Shown here: piece after piece, positions 10,126-19,790 of the stretch | How positions within the stretch are numbered: the stretch's first letter is position 1 | Layout of the letters: every line of letters begins with the position of its first letter | Assembly (NCBI RefSeq): GCF_000025125.1 | Contig: NC_013771.1 | Span: 750,001 to 782,000 of the forward strand | DNA from: Candidatus Atelocyanobacterium thalassa isolate ALOHA | Lineage (GTDB): Bacteria; Cyanobacteriota; Cyanobacteriia; Cyanobacteriales; Microcystaceae | Direction: 5' to 3' | DNA: 32,000 nt | Notes under the pieces: generated by a model | What the model saw: the letters and a program-made list of their open reading frames with translations, nothing else | Database searches by the model: none | Told to the model about the DNA's origin: nothing | Position numbers and translations under genes: made by a program

Positions 10126-11289
10126 ATGGGTCGTGTTGGGGTTTTATTACTAAACTTGGGTGGACCAGAACAATTGAAAGATGTTCGTCCTTTTCTTTTT
10201 AATTTGTTTTCTGATCCAGATATTGTTCGTTTACCTTTTCCATGGCTGCAAAAACCTTTGGCCTGGCTGATTTCTACTTTAAGAACCAACAAATCTCAAG
10301 ATAACTATCGTCAGATTGGAGGAGGTTCTCCGTTAAGAAAAATAACAGAGGCTCAAGGTAAAGCACTTGCCAAAAAACTTTTAGAATATGGACAGAAAAT
10401 GGATGTCTATATAGGCATGCGTTACTGGTATCCTTTTACAGAAGAAGCTATTAATCATATTAAGCATGATTGTCCAGATAAATTAATTATTCTTCCCTTA
10501 TATCCGCAATTTTCAATAAGTACAAGCGGTTCTAGCTTTCGTGTGCTTGAAAAAATATGGCAAACTGATCCTGTATTAAGACAGATTGAGTATACATTAA
10601 TACCTTCTTGGTATGATAATCCAAATTACTTGAAAGCTATGGCTGATTTGATTATCAAAGAATTAAACAAGTGTTCTAATCCGGAACAAGTACATATATT
10701 CTTTAGTGCTCATGGTGTACCTCAAAGTTATGTAGAAGAAGCTGGTGATCCCTATCAAGCAGAAATTGAAGCTTGTACTCATTTACTAATGAGTGCAATT
10801 AATCGTCCGAATTCTTACACATTGGCTTATCAAAGTAAAGTTGGTCCAGTAGAATGGTTGAAACCATATGCTGAAGATGCTCTTCAAGCATTAGGAGGAC
10901 AAGGAATTAAAGATTTACTAGTGGTTCCTATTAGTTTTGTTTCTGAACATATTGAAACTCTTCAAGAAATTGATATCGAGTATCGTAAGACTGCTGAAAA
11001 AGCAGGTATTTACAATTTTTCTAGAGTTCCAGCTTTAAATACTCATCCTATTTTTATAGATGCTCTAGCTGAATTAGTTATTCATTCTCTAGAAAAACCT
11101 CCAGTAACTTTCAAGTGCATAACTCATCCAAGAGAGAACATCATAATATACCCTAAGAAGTCTTGGCAGTGGGGAATAACAAGTACTGCAGAGGTATGGA
11201 ATGGTAGATTAGCTATGCTAGGATTTGTTGCTCTTTTAGTTGAGTTAATAAGCGGACATGGCATTCTACATTATCTGGGGATAATATAA
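10126..11289 (+). CDS. hemH: Ferrochelatase with C-terminal chlorophyll a/b-binding (CAB/HLIP-like) helix
   Basis: [49 protein letters not shown]-terminal [23 protein letters not shown] is the CAB motif typical of cyanobacterial/plastid ferrochelatase. Confidence 0.95.
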   Translation: MGRVGVLLLNLGGPEQLKDVRPFLFNLFSDPDIVRLPFPWLQKPLAWLISTLRTNKSQDNYRQIGGGSPLRKITEAQGKALAKKLLEYGQKMDVYIGMRYWYPFTEEAINHIKHDCPDKLIILPLYPQFSISTSGSSFRVLEKIWQTDPVLRQIEYTLIPSWYDNPNYLKAMADLIIKELNKCSNPEQVHIFFSAHGVPQSYVEEAGDPYQAEIEACTHLLMSAINRPNSYTLAYQSKVGPVEWLKPYAEDALQALGGQGIKDLLVVPISFVSEHIETLQEIDIEYRKTAEKAGIYNFSRVPALNTHPIFIDALAELVIHSLEKPPVTFKCITHPRENIIIYPKKSWQWGITSTAEVWNGRLAMLGFVALLVELISGHGILHYLGII

Positions 11290-11361
11290 AATTATTTATT
11301 TTTAACTCTTTAATTAGATAAATAATAGAAGTTTTTATATATTCTTCTTCTCCTCACAGTT

Positions 11362-12255
11362 CTATAGTTGATATGTATTGCTAGCAATAATTCCTACTAG
11401 TAATATTAATCCTAAATATACATTTTCTCTAAAAATTTGTTCATATAATTTTTGTGGAGTGTTAGGAGATTTTAAAAGAATACATTGTTTTATCCACATT
11501 CCTGAAGCAATTACTAATGTTATCCAAAAACAAAAATTTAACTGCATATTTATTGCTAGGTATGCCCAAAGACTTGCGGTAAAAGCAAAAATGCAGGCTA
11601 TTATATTTTCTGCATGTTGCCCAAAAAATAAGGCACTAGAATTAACACCAATTTTTTTATCATCATCTCTATCAGACATTGCATAAACTGTATCAAAACC
11701 TAGTGTCCAGAAAACAGTTATGGCCCATAAAATAAAAGTATCAAACTCAAGTTTTTGAGTTACCGCAGTCCAACTAATAAGAACTGCAAATCCCCAAGAT
11801 AAAGATAAAATTAATTGAGGAATTGGAAAAAATTTTTTTGCCAAAGGATAACAAACAATAAATGGTACGGCTAAAATACACAACAGAAAACTTAAAGTAT
11901 TTAAATAAAGAGATAAAACTAATGCACAGACTAAAGAAATAAAAGCAGTTACAATCCCAACCTGAATAGATAGAGTACGTGATGCCAAAGGACGATTTTT
12001 AGTTCTCTTTACTTGAGGGTCAATATTTCTATCCCAGAGATCATTAATAACACAACCTGCTGAACTGGTAGACAACGATCCTAATATAATTATTAATATC
12101 AAAGATGATGGAGGAAACCCTCGTGAGGCTAAAAAAAGAGCCCATAAAGCAGGAATCATTAAAATTAGTCTTCCTGTAGGCTTATCCCACCTTAATAGTT
12201 GAATAATGGCTAAACAAGTAGATTTTGTCGTAAGAAAAAATTGAGAATTCAACAT
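11362..12255 (-). CDS. ubiA: UbiA-family 4-hydroxybenzoate polyprenyl(solanesyl)transferase
   Basis: Asp-rich prenyltransferase motifs NDLWDRNIDPQVKRTKNRPLASR and DTVYAMSDRDDD. Polytopic membrane protein of 297 aa. Confidence 0.85.
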   Translation of the reverse strand: MLNSQFFLTTKSTCLAIIQLLRWDKPTGRLILMIPALWALFLASRGFPPSSLILIIILGSLSTSSAGCVINDLWDRNIDPQVKRTKNRPLASRTLSIQVGIVTAFISLVCALVLSLYLNTLSFLLCILAVPFIVCYPLAKKFFPIPQLILSLSWGFAVLISWTAVTQKLEFDTFILWAITVFWTLGFDTVYAMSDRDDDKKIGVNSSALFFGQHAENIIACIFAFTASLWAYLAINMQLNFCFWITLVIASGMWIKQCILLKSPNTPQKLYEQIFRENVYLGLILLVGIIASNTYQL

Positions 12256-12765
12256 ATTATTAAAGTCTAATGCTACTATCTTGCATAAAAACTATCTTGA
12301 ATATAAATCAAAAAATTGAAATATAGACCAATATTTTTTAGATATAGAAAATAGTTGTGTTGTAATAAAATACAAAATTTTTCTAAATTAATATCATTAA
12401 TAACCTTTTTGTTTTAGTAAATATTAATAAAAATTAAATCATTTATTTCAGAGAAGATTATTTTATTTCCAAAAATTTTTTTTATATCAAGATTCATCTT
12501 TTTAATATAAGTTAAAAAGCAATGCATTACATTACTTAAATAATAATCTAAGATCATAAAAAATTACCTTATGATACTTAAATCTTCTCAATTAATATGA
12601 ATCTTATCAAATTTTGATTTTAATAATGTTACATAAACATTATTAATGATCAATAATTATATATTTCTTCAAGAATATATTAATATATGCTTAACTAATT
12701 TATAATTTGCCATACTTAAATTAAAAAGTCTTAATAAAAAATAAGTATTTATCAAACAAGTTAAG

Positions 12766-15207
12766 ATGACTTCTGAAAATTCTTACTGGGTTCGTTTGGA
12801 CAAAGCCTTATCGATTGAGATAGAAAGAGGATTTATTAATATACAAGGTGAGCAGTATCAATTTAGTGAATATTTACGCCTTAGCTTTAGTCAATCTCTA
12901 TCCGATAAAACACCGAATAGTAAAAAACAACGCTGGTTACAATTTGCTGAACGATATGCAAGTTATAGTAATTTAACTCTACCTCAAAGAAAACAGTTAA
13001 TTATTGAAACCCGTCAATTTTTACATAAGCTAAGACAAGATTTTGAGATATCTGTCAAACGTTCTGATTATAGGCAACCAAAAACAAGTACTTTAATCAA
13101 CATAGAATCTATACTATCTGATGAACTTAATTTAGAACAATATTTACATGCTTTACAAGGCATAGGGCCTCGCAAAATAGAATTGTTAGAAAAAATAGGA
13201 TTGGAAACAATTAGAGACCTATTATTTTATTATCCCAGAGACTATATTAACTATGCTCGCCAGGTAACAATTTCAAATATCAAGGAAGGAGAAACTGTCA
13301 CTATAATAGGAAGAGTAAAGAGATGTAACTTTTTCACTAGTTCTAAAAACAAAAAGTTGAGTATTTTAGAATTAGTTGTGCAAGACCATACAGGAGAAAT
13401 CAAACTAAATAGATTTTTTTCAGGTAATAGATTTACGAATAAAGGATGGCAAGAGAAACAAAAAAGACAGTATATCCGATCCACTGTCATAGCAGTATCT
13501 GGGTTAGTTAAACAAAATCGTTATGGTCTAACTTTAGATAATCTAGAGATAGAAGTTTTAGATGATTTTAATTCAAGTATTGAATCTTGGAATATAGGTC
13601 GTATTTTACCTGTATATTCTTTAACAGAAGGAATCGATAATAATTTAATTCGCAAAATAATTATTTCTAACTTAAAATCTGCAAAGACAATCTTAGATCC
13701 TTTACCAATATTACTTAAGAGTAAATATGATTTAATAGACTTGAAAGATGCTTTGATTAATATTCATTTTCCGACAAGTCTCGATTTTTTAGAACGTGCT
13801 AGAAGACGTTTAATATTTGATGAATTTTTTTATTTACAGTTAGGATTTTTAAAACGTCGACAAGAAAGGAAAGTATTAAAAACTATTAATTCTTTTACAC
13901 CTAATAGATACTTGACTCACCAATTTAATAAACTGTTACCTTTTGAATTAACAAAATCTCAAAGAAGGGTTATTAATGAAATAATTAAAGACTTAGATTC
14001 ATTACAATCCATGAATCGTCTTTTACAGGGAGATGTCGGTTCAGGAAAAACTATTGTTGCAATTTTTGCTATATTAACTACCTTAGAATCTGGATATCAG
14101 GTTGCTTTGATGGCCCCAACAGAAGTTTTGGCAGAACAGCATTATAACAAGATAGTATTGTATTTTAATCAGTTATATTTATCTGTTGAACTATTAACAG
14201 GATCTACAAAAAAATCTAAGAGAAATGAAATCTACCGTCAATTATTAACAGGTGAATTACCATTACTAGTAGGAACCCACGCATTAATACAAGAACCGAT
14301 AAAATTTAAAAAGCTAGGACTTGTTATTATTGATGAGCAACACAGGTTTGGTGTAGAACAACGAACTAGACTTTTAAACAAAGGTAAATCTCCTCATGTT
14401 TTAAGCATGACAGCAACTCCTATACCACGTACTTTAGCATTAACTCTGCATGGAGATTTAGATATAAGTCAAATTGATGAATTACCCCCTGGAAGAAAAG
14501 CTATAGAAACTAAAGTCTTAATAGGAAATCAAAAACAAAAAGCTTACGAACTAATAAACCAAGAAGTAATACAAGGGAGACAAGCTTATATAGTTTTCCC
14601 TATGATTGAAGAATCTGAAAAACTAGATATAAAAGCAGCTATAGAAGAACATAAAAAACTTTCAAAGGAAATTTTTCCTAGTTTTAGTATTGGTTTATTG
14701 CATGGACGATTAAATGCTCTGGAGAAAAATAAAGTTTTAAATGATTTTCGTGATAATAAATATCAAATTATGGTTTCAACAACTGTTATAGAGGTTGGAG
14801 TTGACATACCTAATGCAACAGTAATGTTAATTGAAAATGCAGAGAGATTTGGTCTATCTCAGTTACATCAGTTAAGAGGAAGAGTTGGTAGAAGTAGTTT
14901 TAGTTCTTATTGTTTTTTAATTACTAGCACTAAAACTCCTAATACATTAGAAAAATTGAACGTGTTGGAACAGTCTCAAGATGGTTTTTTTATATCAGAA
15001 ATGGATTTAAAACTTCGGGGGCCAGGGACTATCTTGGGAACTCGTCAATCAGGTTTACCAGATTTTGCTTTAGCAAGCTTAGCAGATAACAAAGAAATTC
15101 TTGAATTATCAAAATTAATAGCTGAAAAAATAATATCATCAGACATTAAATTGAATAGTTTTCCACTTTTAAAAAGAGAACTACAATATCGAAGTATGAG
15201 ATTATAA
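12766..15207 (+). CDS. recG: ATP-dependent DNA helicase RecG
   Basis: Wedge/OB region, then helicase motifs LLQGDVGSGKT, IIDEQHRFGV, MTATPIPRTL, GLLHGRL, VSTTVIEVGVDIPNA, QLHQLRGRVGR, TRG-like RGPG. 813 aa. Confidence 0.95.
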   Translation: MTSENSYWVRLDKALSIEIERGFINIQGEQYQFSEYLRLSFSQSLSDKTPNSKKQRWLQFAERYASYSNLTLPQRKQLIIETRQFLHKLRQDFEISVKRSDYRQPKTSTLINIESILSDELNLEQYLHALQGIGPRKIELLEKIGLETIRDLLFYYPRDYINYARQVTISNIKEGETVTIIGRVKRCNFFTSSKNKKLSILELVVQDHTGEIKLNRFFSGNRFTNKGWQEKQKRQYIRSTVIAVSGLVKQNRYGLTLDNLEIEVLDDFNSSIESWNIGRILPVYSLTEGIDNNLIRKIIISNLKSAKTILDPLPILLKSKYDLIDLKDALINIHFPTSLDFLERARRRLIFDEFFYLQLGFLKRRQERKVLKTINSFTPNRYLTHQFNKLLPFELTKSQRRVINEIIKDLDSLQSMNRLLQGDVGSGKTIVAIFAILTTLESGYQVALMAPTEVLAEQHYNKIVLYFNQLYLSVELLTGSTKKSKRNEIYRQLLTGELPLLVGTHALIQEPIKFKKLGLVIIDEQHRFGVEQRTRLLNKGKSPHVLSMTATPIPRTLALTLHGDLDISQIDELPPGRKAIETKVLIGNQKQKAYELINQEVIQGRQAYIVFPMIEESEKLDIKAAIEEHKKLSKEIFPSFSIGLLHGRLNALEKNKVLNDFRDNKYQIMVSTTVIEVGVDIPNATVMLIENAERFGLSQLHQLRGRVGRSSFSSYCFLITSTKTPNTLEKLNVLEQSQDGFFISEMDLKLRGPGTILGTRQSGLPDFALASLADNKEILELSKLIAEKIISSDIKLNSFPLLKRELQYRSMRL

Positions 15208-15231
15208 AAAATATTTAATGAATAGATAACT

Positions 15232-15258
15232 ATCGTTATGTAACGATTTTAGTTTTTT
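15232..15258 (+). terminator. Candidate intrinsic terminator of recG
   Basis: ATCGTTA/TAACGAT inverted repeat (15232-15238 / 15241-15247) followed by TTTAGTTTTTT, 25 nt after the recG stop. Short stem and tiny loop, so weak. Confidence 0.3.
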
Positions 15259-15617
15259 AAATATATATATAACTTTTAGTTTTAATAAAACCTATTTTTT
15301 AGAAAAATATTTATATTGCATATTTTTCTAAAGTGATGGAATATTTTTTGTATTGCCGCAACAGTAAATAATTTATAATTAATTTTTTTAAAATGTAATT
15401 CATTAGAAACTTTATATAAAAGTTATTGTTTTATCTTTGATATCGTAAACCGAGACCGCATTTAAACATACTTTGTGTTAGCATTTGGAGGATTCCTCAT
15501 ATATGCCGTCTTTGATGTTTGTTAATATAAAATCTATATTCGTCTAGATAATTAAAAAAAACAAAACTATAATTATTTTCAACTTAAATACTTTAAGGCA
15601 AGAGTAAAGAATAATAT

Positions 15618-16715
15618 ATGATTATGAGTACAACAAGTGATGTCATTATCATTGGCGGTGGCATTATTGGAATGTCTATTGCAATTGATCTTAAATTAAA
15701 AGGAATATCTGTTACTGTATGTAATAAAAATTTAGCTCAATCAGCCTCTCCTGCCGCTGCAGGAATGTTAGCTCCTTATGCTGAAAGATTATCAGGTCCT
15801 TTGCTAGATCTATGCTTAAAGTCTCGTTGTGCCTATCCTGATTGGATCAGAAAAATTCAAAAATTAACTAATTTAGACTTGAAGTATGAGAATTGTGGAG
15901 CACTCGCTCCAGTCTACAATATATCGCAAAACTCACGTACTCAATGTTCTAAAGGCCAATGGTTAGATGGAAAAAGTATTCATCTCCATCAATTAGGATT
16001 AGGGAAAGATGTAAAAGGCGGATGGTTGTATCCTGATGATGGCCAAGTAGATAGTCGACAATTATTATATGGTCTTTACCAAGCTGCCAGAATATTAGGA
16101 GTTAATATCAAAAACGAAGTAATTGTCCACAACTTGCTTAAGAAAGAGAACAAGGTTATTGGAGTATATACAAATAAAGGAAATTTTAAAGCTAATACTT
16201 ATATTTTAGCTGGAGGAGCATGGGTTAATAACTTTTTAAGCTTACCTGTTCGTCCTCTTAAAGGACAAATGCTTGCTGTGAAAATACCTAAACAATATTC
16301 TTTACAAAAAATACTATATGGAACCCAAGTATATTTAGTACCACGTAAGAATAGACGCTTAATTATTGGAGCTACTTCAGAAGATTTAGGATGGATGTCT
16401 GGCAATACCTCTAAAGAAATAGAGAAACTAATTAAAAAGTCAATGAAACTTTTGCCAGATGTAGTTAACTGGCCAATTCAAGAATTTTGGTGGGGTTATC
16501 GTCCTGTAACGCCTGATAAATTACCGATTTTGGGATATTATAATTATGATAATCTAATTATTGCTACAGGACATTATCGGAATGGGATTCTTCTTGCTCC
16601 TATAACAGCTTCTTTGATTGCAGAATTAGTAACTAACAAAAAGAATAATCCACTTTTAACAAATTTTAGTGGTGCTCGATTTAAGAATAAATCTTTTTCT
16701 CTCCAACATTTATGA
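15618..16715 (+). CDS. thiO: FAD-dependent glycine oxidase ThiO (thiazole biosynthesis)
   Basis: N-terminal dinucleotide fold [17 protein letters not shown]-family C-terminus [11 protein letters not shown]. Its stop overlaps the thiG start (ATGA at 16712-16715), implying translational coupling. The start could also be the second ATG at 15624. Confidence 0.85.
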   Translation: MIMSTTSDVIIIGGGIIGMSIAIDLKLKGISVTVCNKNLAQSASPAAAGMLAPYAERLSGPLLDLCLKSRCAYPDWIRKIQKLTNLDLKYENCGALAPVYNISQNSRTQCSKGQWLDGKSIHLHQLGLGKDVKGGWLYPDDGQVDSRQLLYGLYQAARILGVNIKNEVIVHNLLKKENKVIGVYTNKGNFKANTYILAGGAWVNNFLSLPVRPLKGQMLAVKIPKQYSLQKILYGTQVYLVPRKNRRLIIGATSEDLGWMSGNTSKEIEKLIKKSMKLLPDVVNWPIQEFWWGYRPVTPDKLPILGYYNYDNLIIATGHYRNGILLAPITASLIAELVTNKKNNPLLTNFSGARFKNKSFSLQHL

Positions 16716-17554
16716 CTTTTCTTCAATCCATTAATAATAACGACCATAGTAATTCTTCCTCTGATGAACTGATTATAGCTAATCGCAAATTTAGTTCACG
16801 TTTAATGACAGGGACAGGTAAATATCCTAGTATCTCTCTTATGAAAGAATGTATAGAAGCTAGTCAGTGTCAAATTGTAACAGTTGCAGTCCGAAGAGTG
16901 CAGTCTGAAGCTCCTGGACATAAAGGACTAGCAGAGTCTATAGACTGGACTAAAATATGGATGTTACCAAATACAGCTGGCTGTAAAACAAGTGATGAAG
17001 CTGTTAGAGTTGCAAGACTAGGTAGAGAAATGGCTAAATTGCTAGGTCAGGAGAATAACAATTTTGTCAAATTAGAAGTTATACCTGACCCTAAATATTT
17101 ATTACCTGATCCTATTGAAACTCTAAACGCGGCAATACAATTAGTAAAAGAAGGTTTTGCTGTATTACCCTATATTAATGCTGATCCTATTTTAGCAAAA
17201 CGACTAGAAGAAGTAGGGTGTGTTACTCTTATGCCACTAGGATCACCAATAGGCTCAGGACAAGGAATCCGGAATCAGGCAAATATATCAATTATAATAG
17301 CGGAGGCTAATATACCTGTAATTATAGATGCTGGGATAGGATCTCCAAGTGATGCATCTCAAGCTATGGAAATGGGTGCTGATGCTGTTCTTGTCAATAG
17401 TGCGATCGCACTATCTCAAAATCCCTTATATATGGCCAAGGCTATGGGACTAGCAACAAGAGCAGGAAGATTAGCTTACTTAGGGGGTCGGATGCCTATA
17501 AAACATTACGCAGAAGCCAGCTCACCTTTAACTCATACAATTACTTCAACTTAA
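16712..17554 (+). CDS. thiG: Thiazole synthase ThiG
   Basis: [61 protein letters not shown]. 280 aa. Confidence 0.95.
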   Translation: MTFLQSINNNDHSNSSSDELIIANRKFSSRLMTGTGKYPSISLMKECIEASQCQIVTVAVRRVQSEAPGHKGLAESIDWTKIWMLPNTAGCKTSDEAVRVARLGREMAKLLGQENNNFVKLEVIPDPKYLLPDPIETLNAAIQLVKEGFAVLPYINADPILAKRLEEVGCVTLMPLGSPIGSGQGIRNQANISIIIAEANIPVIIDAGIGSPSDASQAMEMGADAVLVNSAIALSQNPLYMAKAMGLATRAGRLAYLGGRMPIKHYAEASSPLTHTITST

Positions 17555-17578
17555 GCATGTAATTGTTTAATAAATAAC

Positions 17579-18802
17579 CTATGGTTCTATCCAGCGTCCA
17601 TCGGCTTTAATTAAGTTGACTAATTCTTCTACACCTTTATCTTCCGGTACTTTTTTAATTTCTTCTTGCCCACGATATAAAGATATATATCCGGCTTGTT
17701 TTCCTACATATCCGTAATCTGCATCAGCCATTTCTCCAGGCCCATTTACGATACAACCCATGACAGCAATATCTAAGCCGGTAAGATGCTGAGTTGCATT
17801 ACGTACTTTGTGTAGAACATTTTCTAAGTTAAACAAGGTGCGACCACAGGATGGACATGCAATATATTCCACCATGGTTTTTCGTAATCCTAGTGCTTGA
17901 AGGATACCATAACAAACAGAAATTTCTTTTTCAGGAGATTCGGTCAAAGAGACACGAAGAGTATCTCCTATTGATTCCGCCAAAAGTGTTGCTATCCCAG
18001 CAGTTGATTTGATGCGCCCATATTCTCCATCACCAGCTTCAGTCACCCCTAGGTGCAATGGATAATTCATATTTAATTCATTCATTCGTTGAGCCATTAA
18101 ACGATAGGCTGCCAACATCGTAGGTACTCGGGATGCTTTGAGGGAAATTACTAAATTATAAAATTCTAAAGATTCGCAAATACGAATAAACTCTAACGCA
18201 GATTCAACCATGCCTAAAGGTGTATCACCATAAGTGAATAACATTCTTTCTGCCAAGGATCCATGGTTAACACCAATTCTCATTGCTTTACCTTGATCTC
18301 TTAACGAGATAATTAAAGGTTCCAAGGTTTTCCGTATTATTTCTCCAATTTCTTTAAATTCTTTCTGACTATAATCACTACGATTTATATCATGCTTTTC
18401 AAACACATAAAGTCCAGGGTTAACACGAACTTTATCAACATGTTTAGCAACTTCTAAAGCTATCTTCAGGCCGTTATGATGAACATCAGCTACTAAAGGC
18501 ACAGGTTGATAAGTTTCATTTAATCTACGTTTAATTGCTGCTAATGCTTTAGCATGGGCCATGCTGGGCACTGTAACCCTGACAATTTCACAACCAATTT
18601 CATGTAACTTACGAATAGCATTAACAGAACTTTCAATATCAAGAGTATCCTCATTTATCATAGATTGTACGACAACAGGAAAACCTCCCCCAATAGTTAT
18701 ATCTCCGACTTTAACTGGACGAGTTTGACGACGATGAATTGTGGTATCAATTTCTTGTTTAGAAACATTTTCAATATCCTTAGAGGTTTCTAAAATATTC
18801 AT
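17579..18802 (-). CDS. ispG: 4-hydroxy-3-methylbut-2-en-1-yl diphosphate synthase (ferredoxin), IspG/GcpE
   Basis: [34 protein letters not shown], and Fe-S cysteines in CPSCGRT and [10 protein letters not shown]. 407 aa. Confidence 0.95.
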   Translation of the reverse strand: MNILETSKDIENVSKQEIDTTIHRRQTRPVKVGDITIGGGFPVVVQSMINEDTLDIESSVNAIRKLHEIGCEIVRVTVPSMAHAKALAAIKRRLNETYQPVPLVADVHHNGLKIALEVAKHVDKVRVNPGLYVFEKHDINRSDYSQKEFKEIGEIIRKTLEPLIISLRDQGKAMRIGVNHGSLAERMLFTYGDTPLGMVESALEFIRICESLEFYNLVISLKASRVPTMLAAYRLMAQRMNELNMNYPLHLGVTEAGDGEYGRIKSTAGIATLLAESIGDTLRVSLTESPEKEISVCYGILQALGLRKTMVEYIACPSCGRTLFNLENVLHKVRNATQHLTGLDIAVMGCIVNGPGEMADADYGYVGKQAGYISLYRGQEEIKKVPEDKGVEELVNLIKADGRWIEP

Positions 18803-18998
18803 GATTAATAATATTTAATGTACTAAGTAATAATAAAGCAAAGATGATACATACTAAAGTATTACATAAATTCTAACTTAGCTATTTTATAAAAAGAAAT
18901 ATTATCCTATCTAATTAATCTACTATAGTTGGATATTAAATTAATATAATTTTTTTTTAATAACTAATCTTCTTTTCTAAAACCATAAAAAAAGCGAA

Positions 18999-19085
18999 CG
19001 GAGAGGGAGGGATTCGAACCCTCGATAGGCGTTAGCCTATAACTTCTTAGCAGGAAGCCGCTTTCAACCACTCAGCCACCTCTCC
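18999..19085 (-). tRNA. tRNA-Ser (anticodon GCU)
   Basis: Reverse complement folds as a cloverleaf. Acceptor GGAGAGG/CCTCTCC, anticodon stem GCTTC/GAAGT with loop CTGCTAA, long variable arm ATAGGC-TAAC-GCCTAT, T-arm GAGGG-TTCGAAT-CCCTC, discriminator G. 87 nt; no encoded CCA; followed by a T-run. Confidence 0.9.
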
Positions 19086-19196
19086 AGGATACAACTAGTA
19101 ATGATAACAGATAAATAGTTTTTAGGGTAATATTTTAGTAATGTATTTTATTATTTTTTTATTAAGTATTACAACATCATTGTCAGACCGAGTGTC

Positions 19197-19224
19197 TTGA
19201 CCTTTTAGGATTAAAGAGTATAGT
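19197..19224 (+). promoter_or_regulatory. Candidate sigma70-type promoter of psaK
   Basis: TTGACC (19197-19202), 16-nt spacer, TATAGT (19219-19224). Followed by a strong Shine-Dalgarno AAGGAGG (19232-19238) 7 nt before the psaK ATG. Sequence match only; no TSS data. Confidence 0.45.
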
Positions 19225-19245
19225 TATTTTTAAGGAGGACAAATT

Positions 19246-19512
19246 ATGTATTCTACTTTTATGCTAGTAGCTACAATTCCTACTACTGTAGAATGGAGTC
19301 CAAAGGTAGCATCTATAATGATTGCTTGTAATATTTTAGCAATAGCAATAACTAAGTTAGTTGTTGGTGAGTCTAGTAAAGAAACACGTCTACCTCAGTT
19401 CTCAGAAATGTTTGGCCATCTTAATATTGGTGCAATATTAGGAGCAACAAGTCTTGGTCATATAATAGGGGTAGGTATGATTTTAGGGATTGCCAGTACA
19501 GGTATGTTATAA
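19246..19512 (+). CDS. psaK: Photosystem I reaction centre subunit PsaK
   Basis: 88 aa with two TM helices. VEWSPKVASIMIACNILAIAI and LGATSLGHIIGVGMILG closely resemble Synechocystis-type PsaK. Strong RBS. Confidence 0.9.
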   Translation: MYSTFMLVATIPTTVEWSPKVASIMIACNILAIAITKLVVGESSKETRLPQFSEMFGHLNIGAILGATSLGHIIGVGMILGIASTGML

Positions 19513-19542
19513 GAATATAAATCTTTAATAACCGATACAGTA

Positions 19543-19590
19543 ATAAGGATAATATAGTTAAAAGCTGATTTTTAACTATATTATCCTTAT
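19543..19590 (+). terminator. Intrinsic terminator of psaK
   Basis: Perfect 21-bp stem (19543-19563 pairs with 19570-19590), 6-nt loop GCTGAT, followed by GTTTTATTCT. Lies 31 nt after the psaK stop. Confidence 0.75.
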
Positions 19591-19790
19591 GTTTTATTCT
19601 CACTTATTAAACGATAAATATAAAATAGCTACCAATTCTTTTTTTCAGTAACAAATAATATCAACTAGTTTGATCGCGTATAAAAGTTTTACAATATATA
19701 TTTAATTAACGTAAAAATAATTACATATCTGACATTAATATATGTTAAGTATATTTAATTACTGTTTAAATTTTACAAAAAAATCACAGA

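Noticed and set aside
15298-15332. 13-bp AT-rich hairpin (TTTAGAAAAATAT / ATATTTTTCTAAA) about 90 nt downstream of recG.
   Set aside because: It is mildly non-random by my estimate, but it has no U-tract after it on either strand and only one G:C pair. Function is unassignable from sequence.
15208-15617. Possible TPP (THI-box) riboswitch upstream of thiO-thiG.
   Set aside because: I cannot find the conserved CUGAGA ... ACCUGAUCUGGAUAAUGCCAGCG core. CCGAGA and AUAUGCCG are only superficial resemblances. In cyanobacteria the TPP riboswitch is usually associated with thiC.
17402-17409. Single HIP1 octamer GCGATCGC inside thiG.
   Set aside because: It is above the roughly 0.05 copies expected from composition, but n=1 cannot support a claim. 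It could be a relic of an ancestral HIP1-rich genome, and only a whole-genome count would tell.
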